From Nanobdellota archaeon (GTDB lineage Archaea; Nanobdellota; Nanobdellia; Pacearchaeales; GW2011-AR1), in the NCBI GenBank assembly GCA_030611805.1, contig JAUWPB010000001.1, positions 24,765 to 88,764 on the forward strand: a DNA stretch of 64,000 nt, given 5' to 3'. Positions 39,704 to 49,969 of this stretch are shown piece after piece (position 1 is the stretch's first letter; the number at the start of each line of letters is the position of its first letter). Both the position numbers and the translations under genes were made by a program. The notes beneath the pieces are model-generated. The model did no database searches. It was not told the DNA's origin and was given only the letters and a program-made list of their open reading frames with translations.

Positions 39704-40036
39704 TTGCTTTTTTTATTACTTCGCATAAATTATTTTCGTTTCAAAGATTACTTAGGCCCTACTTCAGAAGAACAATTAGATATATTCGGCAGTTTGCCTA
39801 GGGAAAGAACAAAAATTCTCTATAAAGATAAAAAAGTATTGGAAGAATATGAAATTGAGGCGAAAGTTAAATTAAGAGAAGGACTTGTTGCTCAGGAAGT
39901 TTTAAAAGAAGCAGAAAGAAATTATGATTTAATTGTAATGGGTAGAAAAGGACAAAGAAGTTCTACATTTGGCCACAATTTAATTCCAATTGTTCAACAA
40001 TCTACAATCCCGGTTTTAGTCATTAAATCAAAATAA
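39704..40036 (+). pseudogene. Universal stress protein C-terminal fragment
   Basis: YDLIVMGRKG...FG...IPVLVIK; USP N-terminus and ATG start not seen. Confidence 0.6.
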
Positions 40037-40051
40037 TTTAAAAATTACCAA

Positions 40052-40511
40052 ATGGAAGAAGAATTAATTATTAATAACTCAAGAAAATTATATTTGCCAA
40101 TCTATTTAATGATGATTATTTTAATTGCTATTATAGGTTTCATAAAATTTTACGATTTATCTTTAAATAATTTGGCTTTTACAGGAGCAGGCGTGTTTAT
40201 TATTTTAAGAATATGCATAACTGAAATTCATAGAAAGTTTGAATCTTATAAAATCACCCCGCATTATTTAATAGACTCCAAGGGCATAATTACTAAGAAG
40301 ACAAAAAAAAATTTTAATTAGTTACATAGTTGATATTGATTTAAAACAATCTTTTTGGCAGGTGTTGCTCAGGTATGGAAGTGTTGAGATTCATGCTGCT
40401 TCTGGTGCGAATACTATAAGAGTTAAAAATATTAACAGGCCAGATAAATTTATAGATATTTTAGAAGAAACAGTAAGTAGAAGAGCAAATCAGATTCATA
40501 AAAACGAATAA
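40052..40511 (+). pseudogene. Membrane bPH-domain protein frameshifted at an A9 run
   Basis: A8 at 40303-40311 would join ...GIITKKTKK to ILISYIVDIDLKQSFWQVLLRYGSVEI...NINRP. Confidence 0.7.
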
Positions 40512-40643
40512 GTAATGAAGAAGGCTCCATAAACTTTTATTAGAAATTATGCATTCAACTAACTAAATCTTTTTAATTTAAATTTCCAAAATAAGGATAA
40601 ATATTTGGGTTTTAGTCCAGCACAGGGCTTTCAGCCCCATATA

Positions 40644-40724
40644 CGCCCCCACCCCGAATCGAACGGGGATGGCCCGAAGGCCCCAGATCTCAAGTCTGGT
40701 GCAATACCATTATGCGATGGAGGC
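40644..40724 (-). tRNA. tRNA-Ser(TGA)
   Basis: CCAGA-CTTGAGA-TCTGG anticodon arm, long variable arm GGCCTTCGGGCC, G discriminator. Confidence 0.93.
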
Positions 40725-40771
40725 ATTAATATTAGAATAAATTGAGAAGTTTTAAAGCTTACTATTTAAAT

Positions 40772-41041
40772 TCAAAACCCAAAAACCCTTTTTAAAAAAG
40801 ATTTTTTAATTATTATTGGATTATCATTTTCATCAATAATTTCATATTTTATCACTGGCTTTTCTTTAAGTATTGGGGCTTTTTCAGCAAGTTCTTTGTT
40901 TACTATTTCAAGTGCTCTTTCAATTGCTGCTTTTGAATATCCCTGATTGATAAGAGCCCATTTAAGAGAATCAGAAGTATAACCTTTTTTCAAATTTTTC
41001 TTAAAATAATTCGCAAGCTTTCTTTTGTATGTTTCTGCCAT
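40772..41041 (-). CDS. Hypothetical protein
   Basis: NLKKGY...LKWALINQGYS helical domain. Confidence 0.65.
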   Translation of the reverse strand: MAETYKRKLANYFKKNLKKGYTSDSLKWALINQGYSKAAIERALEIVNKELAEKAPILKEKPVIKYEIIDENDNPIIIKKSFLKRVFGF

Positions 41042-41083
41042 AAATTTATGGAGAAAAATCAAGTTTAAAAATTTAGTTGTGAT

Positions 41084-41416
41084 TTATTTTATTATATGCT
41101 CATTTGCCTTTTGGAAAGGTGGCGAATTAATCAGGATTGCTTTAAATGTGCCAACAAACTTATATTCTGTATTTGCAGGAATTAAAATTAAATCCCCGGA
41201 TTTTCCTTTAATAGTTTCATTAATGGTTATTTTCCCCTCTAAAATATAATATACTCTATCACTACTTGTTTTTGTCATCTCCTTATGATTTTTACCTTCA
41301 CTTGTTGCTACACTTAACTTTTGACTATGTTCACTTGTTATAAAATTCTTAACTGAATAAGTATTAGAAATTTTCCTAATAATTCTGTTTTCTTTTTTGA
41401 ATAATTTTATTTCCAT
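41084..41416 (-). CDS. Cupin domain protein
   Basis: YYILEGK...GDLILIPANTEY. Confidence 0.8.
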   Translation of the reverse strand: MEIKLFKKENRIIRKISNTYSVKNFITSEHSQKLSVATSEGKNHKEMTKTSSDRVYYILEGKITINETIKGKSGDLILIPANTEYKFVGTFKAILINSPPFQKANEHIIK

Positions 41417-41422
41417 TTTATT

Positions 41423-42901
41423 TTACATCTTCACAGGTTTTTCTTTTTCATAAAACTCAACTGCATGTTTAAGTCTTGTCCTTGATTCTGAATAAATTGT
41501 CAGAAGTTTTTCGCGTTTTTTTACTTTATCTCCTACATGAAAATAAAGATAAAGCCCAGAAAATTTATCCACAGGGCAGCCGGCAATTCTTGCCAAAGAA
41601 TTTATTTTTTTATTATCTATCTCATAAATCTTTCCTGACTTTTTTGATAAAATATTTTTTTTAAATTTCGCTGGTGCAATATCTTTTAATTGTCCATTTT
41701 GGGCTTTAATAATTTGTTTGAATTTTTTAAATGCTTTTCCTGAATAAAGGATTTCTTTTGCCATTTCAATCCCTTTACCTTTTTTTGCTTTGCTGGTCAT
41801 TTCTAAAAGTTCTCCTGCTAAAAATAAAGATTTTTTTTCTAAATCTTTGGGGCTTTTTTCTTTAAGATCTAAAACTTTGAGCACATCAACCAATTCTAAT
41901 GCCGGACCAATCCCATTCCCTATTGGCTGACTTCCATCAGTCAAAACAACCTTTAATTTTTTATGAAAATATTTCCCAAGCTTTTCAAATTTTCTCTTTA
42001 ACCCCTGTGCTTTTGATTTATTTATTTTTGCGGTCTCCCCGCAAGGGATATCTATAAGAATATATTTGCTTCCCACAGCAAGTTTTTTTGACATTATCGA
42101 CGCCAATAACTGAGCTTCAGGATCTATTTTCAGTATTTTTTCAATTTTGATTATTTTTGAATCTGCCGGGACCATGCCCAAAGCCCCGCCCCAAACCATA
42201 CAAGCATCTGTTTTTTTAACAATCTTTTTCAATTCTTTTATAGAAAATTCTATGTCTGCAATTGTTTCTATAACATCTACTGTTCCTGCTGCACTAGTGA
42301 TTGCTTTTGAAGAAGTTTTTGGCATCATTAAACCAGCAGTAGCGCAAATTGAAACTATTATGGGCGTGGTCCTATTTCCTGCAACCCCTCCAATTGAATG
42401 CTTATCAATTATAGGTTTATGATTTAATGTAAGCTTATTTCCTGACTTCAATATTGCCTTTATCAAATAAATAGTTTCTTTCATAGTCATATGTTGTTCA
42501 TACATTGCTGAGATAAAAAGTGCGATTTCTGGTTCAGATAAAGAATTATTTACAATATCTTTAATAATTTCATTTATTTCTTTTTCAGACAGTGCTTTTT
42601 TATTTAATTTTTTCTTTATGAAAACCATGCTTTTCGGAGTTGGCGCAAGTTCCACGTCTACTTTTTGTCCAATCTTTAAATTTAATATTTTTTTAAGTTC
42701 TGACGAAACTGCGATTTCATTTTCCCCAACTAACCCTTTGATAGTATCAATGATTGTGGAAAGTTCTTTTGGTGGGTTTGAAAGTGTTTTAATAGAAACC
42801 CTATCCTTAGTATGAACTCCCATTTTACTTGCTGTTTTTTCATTGAACATCGCTACTGGTAATCCGGCAGACCATGTCAAAAGTTTAATTTTTAATTCCA
42901 T
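41423..42901 (-). CDS. AMP phosphorylase (thymidine phosphorylase family)
   Basis: DKHSIGGV, KTSSKAITSAAGT, ASIMSKK, archaeal N-terminal extension. Confidence 0.93.
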   Translation of the reverse strand: MELKIKLLTWSAGLPVAMFNEKTASKMGVHTKDRVSIKTLSNPPKELSTIIDTIKGLVGENEIAVSSELKKILNLKIGQKVDVELAPTPKSMVFIKKKLNKKALSEKEINEIIKDIVNNSLSEPEIALFISAMYEQHMTMKETIYLIKAILKSGNKLTLNHKPIIDKHSIGGVAGNRTTPIIVSICATAGLMMPKTSSKAITSAAGTVDVIETIADIEFSIKELKKIVKKTDACMVWGGALGMVPADSKIIKIEKILKIDPEAQLLASIMSKKLAVGSKYILIDIPCGETAKINKSKAQGLKRKFEKLGKYFHKKLKVVLTDGSQPIGNGIGPALELVDVLKVLDLKEKSPKDLEKKSLFLAGELLEMTSKAKKGKGIEMAKEILYSGKAFKKFKQIIKAQNGQLKDIAPAKFKKNILSKKSGKIYEIDNKKINSLARIAGCPVDKFSGLYLYFHVGDKVKKREKLLTIYSESRTRLKHAVEFYEKEKPVKM

Positions 42902-42943
42902 TGTTTTATATGAGGAAATAATTTTTATATTTATCCAGATAAA

Positions 42944-43978
42944 TTATGGATGTTGTTGCATAAAAATCCCAGGAGATTTCCTGTTCCTATAAATTTCAAG
43001 TATTATAAGGAGGTAGGCTAAAATTAAAGGCCCGAGGATAAATCCTAAAATACCAAAGAGAAATAGTCCTCCAATCATTCCAACAAGAATCAGTGAAGAA
43101 TGTATTTTTGTCCTTTTTGAAACAATTACTGGTCTTATAAAATTATCAATTGACGAGGAAACTAAACCAAATATTGCAACCCCCACAGCAGGAAAAGTAT
43201 TCCCTGCAATAAAAAGATAAATTATAACAGGAATCCATATAAGTGTTGTTCCAATAATCGGAAAAATCCCTGCTAAAGATGCGAGTAGTGTAAGGATTAA
43301 AGCATTGGGAACTTTAAAAATAAAAAATCCAACCCCAACAACAAGGCCTTGGAGCAGCCCTATAACAACCTGCCCATAGATGACCGAAGAGGTTATCCCT
43401 TTTGAAGATTCAAATAACTTTGTTTCAACATCTTTAGAAAAAGGCAACAAGCTTTTTATATAAGTTATAAGCTGTTCCTTATCTCTAAGCACAAAGAAAA
43501 ATGTAAAAAATACCACCAAAAATTGCAAGAATAAACCAGGGAAATTAAGTATTAACTGTGAAAGGGAATTCATTAAAGAATTAGTCATTTTAGTAACAAA
43601 AGAATGGAGAATAGAACCGATCTCTGCTGAAAATTCTTCTGAAGCAAATAACGACGGGAAAATGTTTTGAAGTGGCGCTACAAAATCTATTTGTTGAGAA
43701 GCAGTATAAATCTTAATGGATTGTTTTATAAGAATAGGGGTTAAAAACCAGAGAGGCAAAATTATCAGCAGGATTAAAAAAAAACAGATTAAAGTAGCTG
43801 AAAGATTTTTTGAATTTGTAAATTTGTGAAGTAGATTATATAGGGGATTAAAAATAAACGCTAAGATAACTCCAACGATTATTGATAATAAAATTGGTTT
43901 TAACAAAAGGAAAGATAAAACTATGAGTATGGCCAAAATAACTGTGGTTGTAATTTTCCTTAAATAAATGTCTTCCAT
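42944..43978 (-). CDS. AI-2E family transporter
   Basis: DNFIRP, GGLFLFGILGFILGP. Confidence 0.9.
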   Translation of the reverse strand: MEDIYLRKITTTVILAILIVLSFLLLKPILLSIIVGVILAFIFNPLYNLLHKFTNSKNLSATLICFFLILLIILPLWFLTPILIKQSIKIYTASQQIDFVAPLQNIFPSLFASEEFSAEIGSILHSFVTKMTNSLMNSLSQLILNFPGLFLQFLVVFFTFFFVLRDKEQLITYIKSLLPFSKDVETKLFESSKGITSSVIYGQVVIGLLQGLVVGVGFFIFKVPNALILTLLASLAGIFPIIGTTLIWIPVIIYLFIAGNTFPAVGVAIFGLVSSSIDNFIRPVIVSKRTKIHSSLILVGMIGGLFLFGILGFILGPLILAYLLIILEIYRNRKSPGIFMQQHP

Positions 43979-44118
43979 TTGTTACTGATAATAGGTAGTT
44001 TAAATTTATAAAGGTTTGTGGGTTGTAAAAAGTTTGTAGGGAATTGTAAAAGTTTTCTACTTAAAAATTTTGTAATTTAATACAAAAGATTTAAAAGTAA
44101 AATTAAATAATAAAAGAT

Positions 44119-44814
44119 ATGAATTTCATAAAAAAGATTTTTGATGGAAAAATTGATGAAGGGGTGCATTTACAATTTCAAAAATTTAGCAAAGGAGAAT
44201 TTCTGAATCGGGCGGTGATTGAGGCAAGGAAAACCGGGAAGGGTTATTCAATTAAAACTTCGGCTGAGTTTGTTAATGGATTGGTCAGGATTGTTGCTGA
44301 GAAGTTGGGCGAAGAGCGTGCAAGAGTTACAGGTGCGGTTGTTTCTACAAGTGATTTAACAGGGGAGCTGGAGTTTCATGACAAGAAACAGTTTCAGGGT
44401 GTTAAGAGATATTTGATTGATAAAGAAATGTCTGGAAAAGAGATAATTGAATTGCTGGATAAATTTCCAAAAACATTTTTTGCATTGAGTTTTGAGGGAG
44501 GAGATAGTATTTTGAAAACAAAACCAAAAGCCCCTAAATCTGCAAAAGCAAAAAGTAAAGATAAAAAAGCAAAACCAGATTTTTGCAGATTGAAAACAAC
44601 TGACAAGGAATTAGTAAATAGTTTTGTTTTTGAGAAGCCGGATTTTAAGAAAGCAGAGATAACTCATACTTTTTTTATTGACAAAATAATTCCTCCAGAG
44701 GGAGAGAGTGATTTTGTAAAGATTCGTGAAATGGCAAAAAGAAGCGGCAAGATTGTTAGAGAAGCTTTGATTGACGAGGTTGAGATGAAGAAAGAATTTG
44801 AGTTTGAGGCATAG
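44119..44814 (+). CDS. Hypothetical protein
   Basis: 231-aa ORF, TTTAAA box upstream. Confidence 0.7.
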   Translation: MNFIKKIFDGKIDEGVHLQFQKFSKGEFLNRAVIEARKTGKGYSIKTSAEFVNGLVRIVAEKLGEERARVTGAVVSTSDLTGELEFHDKKQFQGVKRYLIDKEMSGKEIIELLDKFPKTFFALSFEGGDSILKTKPKAPKSAKAKSKDKKAKPDFCRLKTTDKELVNSFVFEKPDFKKAEITHTFFIDKIIPPEGESDFVKIREMAKRSGKIVREALIDEVEMKKEFEFEA

Positions 44815-44824
44815 GAAGATTTTT
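44804..44824 (+). repeat. 21-bp direct repeat, second copy 45136-45156
   Basis: TTGAGGCATAGGAAGATTTTT flanks ORF 44849-45139. Confidence 0.88.
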
Positions 44825-44848
44825 AAATAAACTTTCTTCAGGGAGAAT

Positions 44849-45139
44849 ATGAAATTAGGTTATTTTATCCCAAAAATAGAGTCATTTGTGCCAATTGTAT
44901 CTGGAAGGAACATGGCTCAAGCAATGATTCAAAATCCTACTCAAAGAGATTTAGAAGCTTACGGAAAGGACTTAGGGGCGGTTTCAAGAAATGTTTGTCA
45001 AATTCAAGAAGCAAAAAGAGTTGCATTATCAGGGTTTTGTGCACTTGCTATAAATCCTTTAATTGGAGCAGGAGTGTGGGCAGCATATAGTTACGGCATG
45101 GATTTAATTACAAAGTATATAGAAAAAGATAGAACTTGA
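44849..45139 (+). CDS. Orphan ORF between direct repeats
   Basis: 96 aa, hydrophobic C-terminal segment. Confidence 0.55.
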   Translation: MKLGYFIPKIESFVPIVSGRNMAQAMIQNPTQRDLEAYGKDLGAVSRNVCQIQEAKRVALSGFCALAINPLIGAGVWAAYSYGMDLITKYIEKDRT

Positions 45140-45407
45140 GGCATAGGAAGATTTTTCTTATAAACTATATTGAAGAATAGTAATAACCAATTGAACATGT
45201 TTTTTTCTGCATTAACTCCTTCTATTAATTCTACTAAATCATACATTCCTTTTGCATAAGAAAGATTAATCTTTTCATGTCTTGTCAACACTTATTTTCT
45301 GGTAAAGAACTCTCTCAAAACACTCACCGAATGTTTTATAAATCAACTTTTTCTCCTTATTTTATTCCAGGGATTAAATAAAATGTTATCCGCAACAATA
45401 TTGAGAA

Positions 45408-46346
45408 ATGCCTACAAGAAAATCACCACGAAAAGGAAGTTTGCAGTTTTGGCCGAGAAAGCGGGCCACTAAATTTTTGCCTAGAGTGAACTGGGATGCG
45501 ATTGATTCTGGAAAAAACCTCAAGGGATTTATTTGTTACAAAGCAGGCATGGCTTCAGGATATGTAAAAGACAATACTCCTGATTCTATGACTAAGGGGA
45601 AGAAAATCATTATTCCTTTGACAATTCTTGAATGCCCTCCTTTAAAGATATTCTCTGTCAGATTTTATAAAAACGGCAAGGTTAGTAAAGATGTGCTGAC
45701 AGAAAATCTGGACAAAGAACTGAAAAGAAAACTAAAGCTTCCGAAAAAAAGCAAGGGAAAAATTGAGGATGTCAAAGATTATGATGATGTTAAAGTTATA
45801 GGCTATTCTATTGTTAAAAAAACCGGGTTGAAAAAGAAACCAGATTTGATTGAGATTGGACTTGCTGGAAGTGTTGAAGAAAAAATTAATTTTATTAAAG
45901 AAAATTTAAGCAAGGAAATTTCTGTTCTGGATGTTTTTGAAAAAGGTCAGCTTGTTGATTTAAGGGGTTTGACAAAAGGAAAGGGTTTTTCAGGACCTGT
46001 AAAAAGATTTGGAATTAAGCTGAAATTCCACAAGTCAGAAAAAGGTCGTAGAAGACCGGGAAGCCTGGGACCATGGCATCCTGCAAGAGTTATTTTCAGA
46101 GTTCCTATGGCAGGACAGCTTGGGATGTTTACAAGAGTTATTTATAATAATAAAATAATTGACATCGGAAAATCATCTGATAAGGAATTACAAAATATTA
46201 AAAATTATGGGAATATTAAAACAGATTATATTCTTGTGAGAGGCTCTATTCAGGGTTCTGCAAAAAGGCAATTAATTATCACGCATCCCTTAAGACAAAC
46301 TAAAAAACAAATTAAAAAAGATTATGAATTATTGGAGATAAGATAA
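45408..46346 (+). CDS. rpl3: 50S ribosomal protein uL3
   Basis: PRKGSL, TKGKGF.GPVKRFG, PMAGQLG. Confidence 0.97.
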   Translation: MPTRKSPRKGSLQFWPRKRATKFLPRVNWDAIDSGKNLKGFICYKAGMASGYVKDNTPDSMTKGKKIIIPLTILECPPLKIFSVRFYKNGKVSKDVLTENLDKELKRKLKLPKKSKGKIEDVKDYDDVKVIGYSIVKKTGLKKKPDLIEIGLAGSVEEKINFIKENLSKEISVLDVFEKGQLVDLRGLTKGKGFSGPVKRFGIKLKFHKSEKGRRRPGSLGPWHPARVIFRVPMAGQLGMFTRVIYNNKIIDIGKSSDKELQNIKNYGNIKTDYILVRGSIQGSAKRQLIITHPLRQTKKQIKKDYELLEIR

Positions 46347-46681
46347 TGAAATATCAAGTTAATAAAAAAACGCTAGATGAAGGAATTCATGAACAAATAA
46401 AAATGGAAATTAATAATTTAGAAAGTAATTTAATAAAACATGTTAATTTTGTGAAAGGCCACATAAGAATAGAAAATGAGATAGAACTTGGAAAAGGCAA
46501 AGAAATAAAAGAATTAGCTATTAAAAATTTTCCACATCATGTAATTGGGATTGGAAATCGTCTTGCATGTTTAGAGAGTTTTGGTTATTTTTTGGATGTA
46601 AAAGAAGTATTCAAATATCAAAAAGTGGTTTCAGAGATAATAAATAATTGCTTGGAGGACCTTAAAAATTATCAGCTATAA
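46346..46681 (+). CDS. Orphan insert between rpl3 and rpl4
   Basis: 111 aa, TAATG-coupled. Confidence 0.55.
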   Translation: MKYQVNKKTLDEGIHEQIKMEINNLESNLIKHVNFVKGHIRIENEIELGKGKEIKELAIKNFPHHVIGIGNRLACLESFGYFLDVKEVFKYQKVVSEIINNCLEDLKNYQL

Positions 46682-46682
46682 A

Positions 46683-47525
46683 ATGAAAGCAAATATATTA
46701 ACAATTGAAGGGAAAAAGAAAACTGCAATTGATTTGCCTAAATGTTTTTCTGCTGAGATTAGGGAAGATATTGTTGCGAAGGTTTTAGAAGCTAAAAAAA
46801 CAAAACAGCCTTATGCACCGTCGCCTGTGGCAGGAAAGCAACATTCAGCAAGTGGAAAAATAAAACACAGGAGACATGTTTGGAAAACTCATTATGGCCA
46901 GGGGATTTCAAGAATTCCAAGAAAAATAATTTCAAAAAAAGGGAGCAGATTTAATTGGATAGGTGCTGAAGTTTCTTCAACTCGTGGAGGGAGAAGAGCC
47001 CACCCTCCAAAAATTCTTTCAATGATTAATACTAAAAGAATAAATAAAAAGGAATTGAAAACTGCTTTAATTTCTGCAATAAGTGCAACAGCGAATGAAA
47101 AAGAGATGATTAAAAGATATGAAAGACTGAAAAATAAAAAGATAGATAATCTTCCATTAATTGTTGAACCAAAATTAGTTTCTCTGAAAACAAAAGATTT
47201 GATTTCAAGTTTGAAAAAAATTCTTGGCAAGGATTTGTTTGAATTGGCTTTGCAGAAAAAATCAGTTAGAGCAGGGAAGGGAAAATTAAGAGGAAGGAAA
47301 TACAAATCAAATGCAGGATTATTATTAGTCACCGGGAAAGATGAAAAATTAAAAACAAATGCTTTTGAAGTTGTTGAAGTTAAATTTTTAGGAGTTGCTG
47401 ATTTGGCGAGAGGAGGAGTTGGGAGATTGACTATTTATACTGAAGGTGCAATTAGAGAACTTGTAAACAAGTTCGATAGTTCGTCTAAAAGCCAAACTAA
47501 AGAATCTGGAGAAAAATTAAAATGA
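46683..47525 (+). CDS. rpl4: 50S ribosomal protein uL4
   Basis: GGRRAHPP, RAGKGKLRGRKY, GRLTIYT. Confidence 0.97.
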   Translation: MKANILTIEGKKKTAIDLPKCFSAEIREDIVAKVLEAKKTKQPYAPSPVAGKQHSASGKIKHRRHVWKTHYGQGISRIPRKIISKKGSRFNWIGAEVSSTRGGRRAHPPKILSMINTKRINKKELKTALISAISATANEKEMIKRYERLKNKKIDNLPLIVEPKLVSLKTKDLISSLKKILGKDLFELALQKKSVRAGKGKLRGRKYKSNAGLLLVTGKDEKLKTNAFEVVEVKFLGVADLARGGVGRLTIYTEGAIRELVNKFDSSSKSQTKESGEKLK

Positions 47526-48175
47526 TAGTATTAGACATGGAATCAAGTGGATTGGATACAGGAAAATGCGGAATCTGGCAAATAGGTGCAATAGAATTAG
47601 AAAATCCTGAAAACCAGTTTTTAGAGGAAGCGCGAATTGATGATGAAGACCAAGTAGAAGAAGGAGCATTAAAGGTTACAGGAAAAACAGAAGAAGAATT
47701 AAGAGACAAAAATAAACAATCACAAAAACAGTTGATTTTAAATTTTATGGAATGGGCAAAAACTTGTAAAACAAAATTAATTGTAGGGCACAATGTAGGG
47801 TGGGATTTTTTCTTTATGAGAAATAAATGTTGCAAATATAATGTGGTAACTGAATTTATGGAGGTAGTAGGTCATAATGTAATAGATACTTATTCTGTTG
47901 CACAAATAAAATATTTAAAAATAAATGGAAATTTTGCATTTAAAGAAAATGGTCTAGGGAAAATGGGTCTTAAAAGAGTATTAAAATTATGTGGATTAAA
48001 AGATAATAGAATGCATTTAAATGATAAGGAAGAGGTAGATAATGAAGGAACTCCTCACAACGCACTTGAAGATGCTAAACTTACAGCAGAATGTTTTTCA
48101 AGATTAATATATGGGAAAAATCTTTTTCCAGAATATGCTGAATATGAAATACCAGAGGAGTTGAAAAAAGAATGA
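47522..48175 (+). CDS. DEDDh 3'-5' exonuclease inside ribosomal operon
   Basis: LDMESSG, GHNVGWD, HNALEDA. Confidence 0.9.
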   Translation: MIVLDMESSGLDTGKCGIWQIGAIELENPENQFLEEARIDDEDQVEEGALKVTGKTEEELRDKNKQSQKQLILNFMEWAKTCKTKLIVGHNVGWDFFFMRNKCCKYNVVTEFMEVVGHNVIDTYSVAQIKYLKINGNFAFKENGLGKMGLKRVLKLCGLKDNRMHLNDKEEVDNEGTPHNALEDAKLTAECFSRLIYGKNLFPEYAEYEIPEELKKE

Positions 48176-48293
48176 AAGCAAATCATAGATTTTCATTCAT
48201 CCAAACACAAAGAAAGGTGTTACAGAGAAAGGGATCATTCCCTATAGGGGCGTCAGCATCTTTGATGCAAGTAAATATCGGGGGTTATTTTTA

Positions 48294-48530
48294 ATGAAAC
48301 CAATAGTAACTGAAAAAGCTGTTATGATGATTGAAGCACAGAATATTTTGACATTTGAAACAGGAAAAGATAAAACAAAAACTGAAATAAAAAAAGAAAT
48401 TGAAGAATTGTTTGACGTGAAAGTTGAAAAAGTGAGGAGTTTGATTAGAAGAAATAAAAAATGTGTTTATGTTAAATTAAATAAAAAATTTCCAGCTATT
48501 GATGTGGCGACGAAGCTGGGGTTAATGTAA
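48294..48530 (+). CDS. rpl23: 50S ribosomal protein uL23
   Basis: PIVTEKA, EELFDVKVEKV. Confidence 0.95.
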   Translation: MKPIVTEKAVMMIEAQNILTFETGKDKTKTEIKKEIEELFDVKVEKVRSLIRRNKKCVYVKLNKKFPAIDVATKLGLM

Positions 48531-48531
48531 A

Positions 48532-49230
48532 ATGGGAAAAAGAATAATTCAACAGCGAAGAGGAAGGGGAACTCACACTTATAAAGTTCGGAGAAAGGCA
48601 TTTAGATTCAAGCTTCAGTATCCACCAAGACTTTCCGGAGAAGGAAGTGTGATTAAACTTTTTAATTCAGCAGGACATAGTGCTCCTTTGGCAAAAATAA
48701 AATATAGTGACGGAACTTTTTTTGTGCCTGCGTTTAAAGGCATGGTTGAAGGACAGAAAATAAGTTTTGAAGATGCAAAAATAAATAAAGGAAATATTAT
48801 GAAATTGAAAGACATTCCAGTAAAAACTAAAATTTATAATATTGAATCAAGACCAGGGGATGGGGGGATGTTCATAAAGAGTGCTGGAAATTCTGCAGTT
48901 ATTAATAAAATTATTGGGAAAGATGTTTTTGTTTTAATGCCCTCAAAAAAAGAAAAAAAGTTTAATCAAAATTGCCGGGCAATTATTGGCATAGCTGCTG
49001 GAGCAGGCAGACTTGATAAACCTGTTATTAAAGCCGGGAAAAAGCATCATATTAAAAAGTCAAAAAGTAAATTATGGCCAAGGACATCTGCAGTAAAGAT
49101 GAATGTAATAGACCATCCTTTTGGTTCAGGAAGGGCGAAGAATGTGAAGAGCAAAATTGCCAAGAGAAATGCGCCTCCTGGAAGAAAAGTTGGATTAATA
49201 AGGCCTAGAAGAACAGGTAAAAAGAAATAA
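48532..49230 (+). CDS. rpl2: 50S ribosomal protein uL2
   Basis: QRRGRG, MNVIDHPFG, PPGRKVG. Confidence 0.97.
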   Translation: MGKRIIQQRRGRGTHTYKVRRKAFRFKLQYPPRLSGEGSVIKLFNSAGHSAPLAKIKYSDGTFFVPAFKGMVEGQKISFEDAKINKGNIMKLKDIPVKTKIYNIESRPGDGGMFIKSAGNSAVINKIIGKDVFVLMPSKKEKKFNQNCRAIIGIAAGAGRLDKPVIKAGKKHHIKKSKSKLWPRTSAVKMNVIDHPFGSGRAKNVKSKIAKRNAPPGRKVGLIRPRRTGKKK

Positions 49231-49231
49231 A

Positions 49232-49627
49232 ATGGAAATACAAAAAAAACAATTTGCATACAAAGGCAAGGCAATTGAAGAATTAAAATCTTTAGATGTA
49301 AGAGAATTTGCAAAGTTAGTCAGGTCAAGGCAGAGAAGAACTATTTTGAGGAATTTCCAAAAGGTTGAGGATTTTATTAATCGGAGCAAGATAAAAATTG
49401 AAAGAAAAAAACCAATAAAAACTCATCAAAGAGATTTGGTTGTTGTTCCGGAGATGGTTGGATGGAAAATATTCATTTATAATGGAAATAAATTTGTTCC
49501 TGTGGAAGTTACAGGAGAAATGCTTGGACATAAATTTGGAGAGTTTGCCCCGACAAGAGCAAGGGTAAAGCATGGAAAAACCGGGGTAGGTGCAACTAAA
49601 GGAACTAAACACAAGGCTAAAAAATGA
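49232..49627 (+). CDS. rps19: 30S ribosomal protein uS19
   Basis: PEMVG, MLGHKFGEFAPTR. Confidence 0.97.
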   Translation: MEIQKKQFAYKGKAIEELKSLDVREFAKLVRSRQRRTILRNFQKVEDFINRSKIKIERKKPIKTHQRDLVVVPEMVGWKIFIYNGNKFVPVEVTGEMLGHKFGEFAPTRARVKHGKTGVGATKGTKHKAKK

Positions 49628-49968
49628 TAACTAATAAAATAACTGGGAAAAAATATGAAAAAGGTATTGGATTTTGTAGAGAAGAAAATATGCCAACTGC
49701 CCAAGAGATTATTTCCTGCTCTCCTTCTAAAATAACCACAATTCATTTTGGTGGTCAAAACATAACATATGAAGAATTAATTGAAAAAAATATTCTTCCT
49801 TATTTTGAAAAAGAAGCGATTAATTCTTGCGTTGTTTTTCCTCTTCAAACACCTTTTCCTATATGTGAACCCGCATCAACACAAGAATTAGAGATTATCA
49901 AAAGGAATCTCTCAAATAAAGGATTAGATGTTTTACTATATGATAAAACATTTGCAATTAGATTATAA
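49624..49968 (+). CDS. Orphan insert between rps19 and rpl22
   Basis: 114 aa, ATGA-coupled. Confidence 0.55.
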   Translation: MITNKITGKKYEKGIGFCREENMPTAQEIISCSPSKITTIHFGGQNITYEELIEKNILPYFEKEAINSCVVFPLQTPFPICEPASTQELEIIKRNLSNKGLDVLLYDKTFAIRL

Positions 49969-49969
49969 A

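Noticed and set aside
40644-40724. tRNA-Sec or opal suppressor
   Set aside because: Anticodon is TGA (reads UCA, Ser), not TCA; stems are standard.
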